Below are positions 63,239 to 64,000 of a stretch of 64,000 bases of DNA, piece by piece. Made by a program: the position numbers and the translations under genes. The stretch lies in NCBI GenBank assembly GCA_963715985.1, contig CAVQSP010000011.1, forward strand, positions 1 through 64,000, written 5' to 3'. The notes under the pieces are model-generated. The model worked only from the letters and a program-made list of their open reading frames with translations. It did not search any database and was not told where the DNA came from. The first letter of the stretch is position 1. Every line of letters starts with the position of its first letter. The stretch comes from an uncultured Thermoleophilia bacterium. Lineage in GTDB: Bacteria; Actinomycetota; Thermoleophilia; UBA2241.

Positions 63239-64000
63239 TCAGCCGAGCGGAAGCTGGTCTTCGGCGGGGCCGGCGGGCGCCGTCTCGCCGGCCGCCAGAA
63301 GCTCACGCAGTGCGCCCTCGTCCAGCGTCTGCACGCCGAGCGTTCGCGCCTTCTCGAGCTTCGAGCCGGCGTCTTCTCCCACGACGACGAAGTCCGTGGC
63401 CCTGGACACGGAACCGCTTACGCGCCCACCCTGCGCTTCGATGAGCGCTTGCGCCTCGCCGCGGGTCAGCGCAGGCAGCTTGCCGGTAAGGACGAACGTG
63501 CGTCCCGAGAGCGGGCCCTCGGCCCGCGCGGGACGCTCCTCGAGCAGGCGGACGCCGGCGGCTCTGAGCTTCTCGATCGTGCCGCGGTTGTGCTCGTCTG
63601 CGAGGTGCTGCGCCACGGCCTCCGCGACCACCGGGCCGACTCCGGGCACGGCGGCGAGCTCCTCGACCCCGGCGCCCATGAGCGCGTCGATGCCGGGGAA
63701 CCCCTCGACGAGAGCCTGTGCGGTGACCGCGCCCACGTGCCGGATGCCGAGCGCGAAAAGGACGCGGGCGAACGGACGGCCCTTGGATCCGACGAGAGAA
63801 GCCAGCACGCGGTCAGCGCGTCTGGCCTCCCCCGTCTTGCGGTCCAGCGCGAAGCCCTCCAGGCCGACGAGGTCGTCCCGGGTCAGCGCGTAGAGGTCGG
63901 CCACATCGCGCACGAGGTCCTCCGCGTACAGGTCCTCCACGAGCCTCTCCCCCACCCCGTCGATGTCCATCGCGCCCTTGCTCACGAAGTGCTTGATGCT
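63239..64000 (-). CDS. ligA: NAD-dependent DNA ligase, C-terminal part (HhH + BRCT)
   Basis: MDIDGVG, ALGIRHVG, TFVLTG.L, GSVS..TD.VV.G..AGSKL.KA. Confidence 0.95.
   Translation of the reverse strand, partial: SIKHFVSKGAMDIDGVGERLVEDLYAEDLVRDVADLYALTRDDLVGLEGFALDRKTGEARRADRVLASLVGSKGRPFARVLFALGIRHVGAVTAQALVEGFPGIDALMGAGVEELAAVPGVGPVVAEAVAQHLADEHNRGTIEKLRAAGVRLLEERPARAEGPLSGRTFVLTGKLPALTRGEAQALIEAQGGRVSGSVSRATDFVVVGEDAGSKLEKARTLGVQTLDEGALRELLAAGETAPAGPAEDQLPLG

Noticed and set aside
63205-63250. GAGCCGG as group II intron domain V
   Set aside because: The rest of the domain V hairpin and the intron 3' end are absent

Overview
GC-rich (roughly 70% by eye) bacterial DNA. Gene content and style suggest an anaerobic actinobacterium, possibly Thermoleophilia-like; this is inference only. 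Many well-conserved genes carry 1-bp indels, consistent with an unpolished long-read assembly. Gene order: hypEDCF hydrogenase maturation genes; an orphan NarL-type regulator; tRNA-Thr(CGT) with a 3.1-kb integrase-less island; a 12-kb minus-strand catabolic operon (APC permease, acyl-CoA dehydrogenase, EtfBA, membrane Fe-S/CCG oxidoreductase, hydrolase, two UroD/MtbA-like methyltransferases, corrinoid protein, DUF1638); aconitase X; several secreted proteins; fba; a methylamine-methyltransferase region; ABC transporter; nadE; tRNA-Thr(TGT); pyrogallol transhydroxylase athL/bthL; ligA. Main result: the ORF track splits five genes at in-frame TAG codons that sit at the pyrrolysine position, namely four MtbB (dimethylamine methyltransferase) paralogs and one MttB, alongside two non-Pyl MttB homologs. 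At least 12 genes in the window, including one of the mtbB genes, also use TAG as an ordinary stop. All four mtbB paralogs share an mRNA hairpin at an identical distance downstream of the amber codon, with compensatory base changes, which makes it a candidate cis-acting recoding signal. A shared TetR-type operator links these operons. A ~400-nt run of back-to-back hairpins next to ligA is a candidate unknown structured RNA. No pylTSBCD genes were seen in this window.
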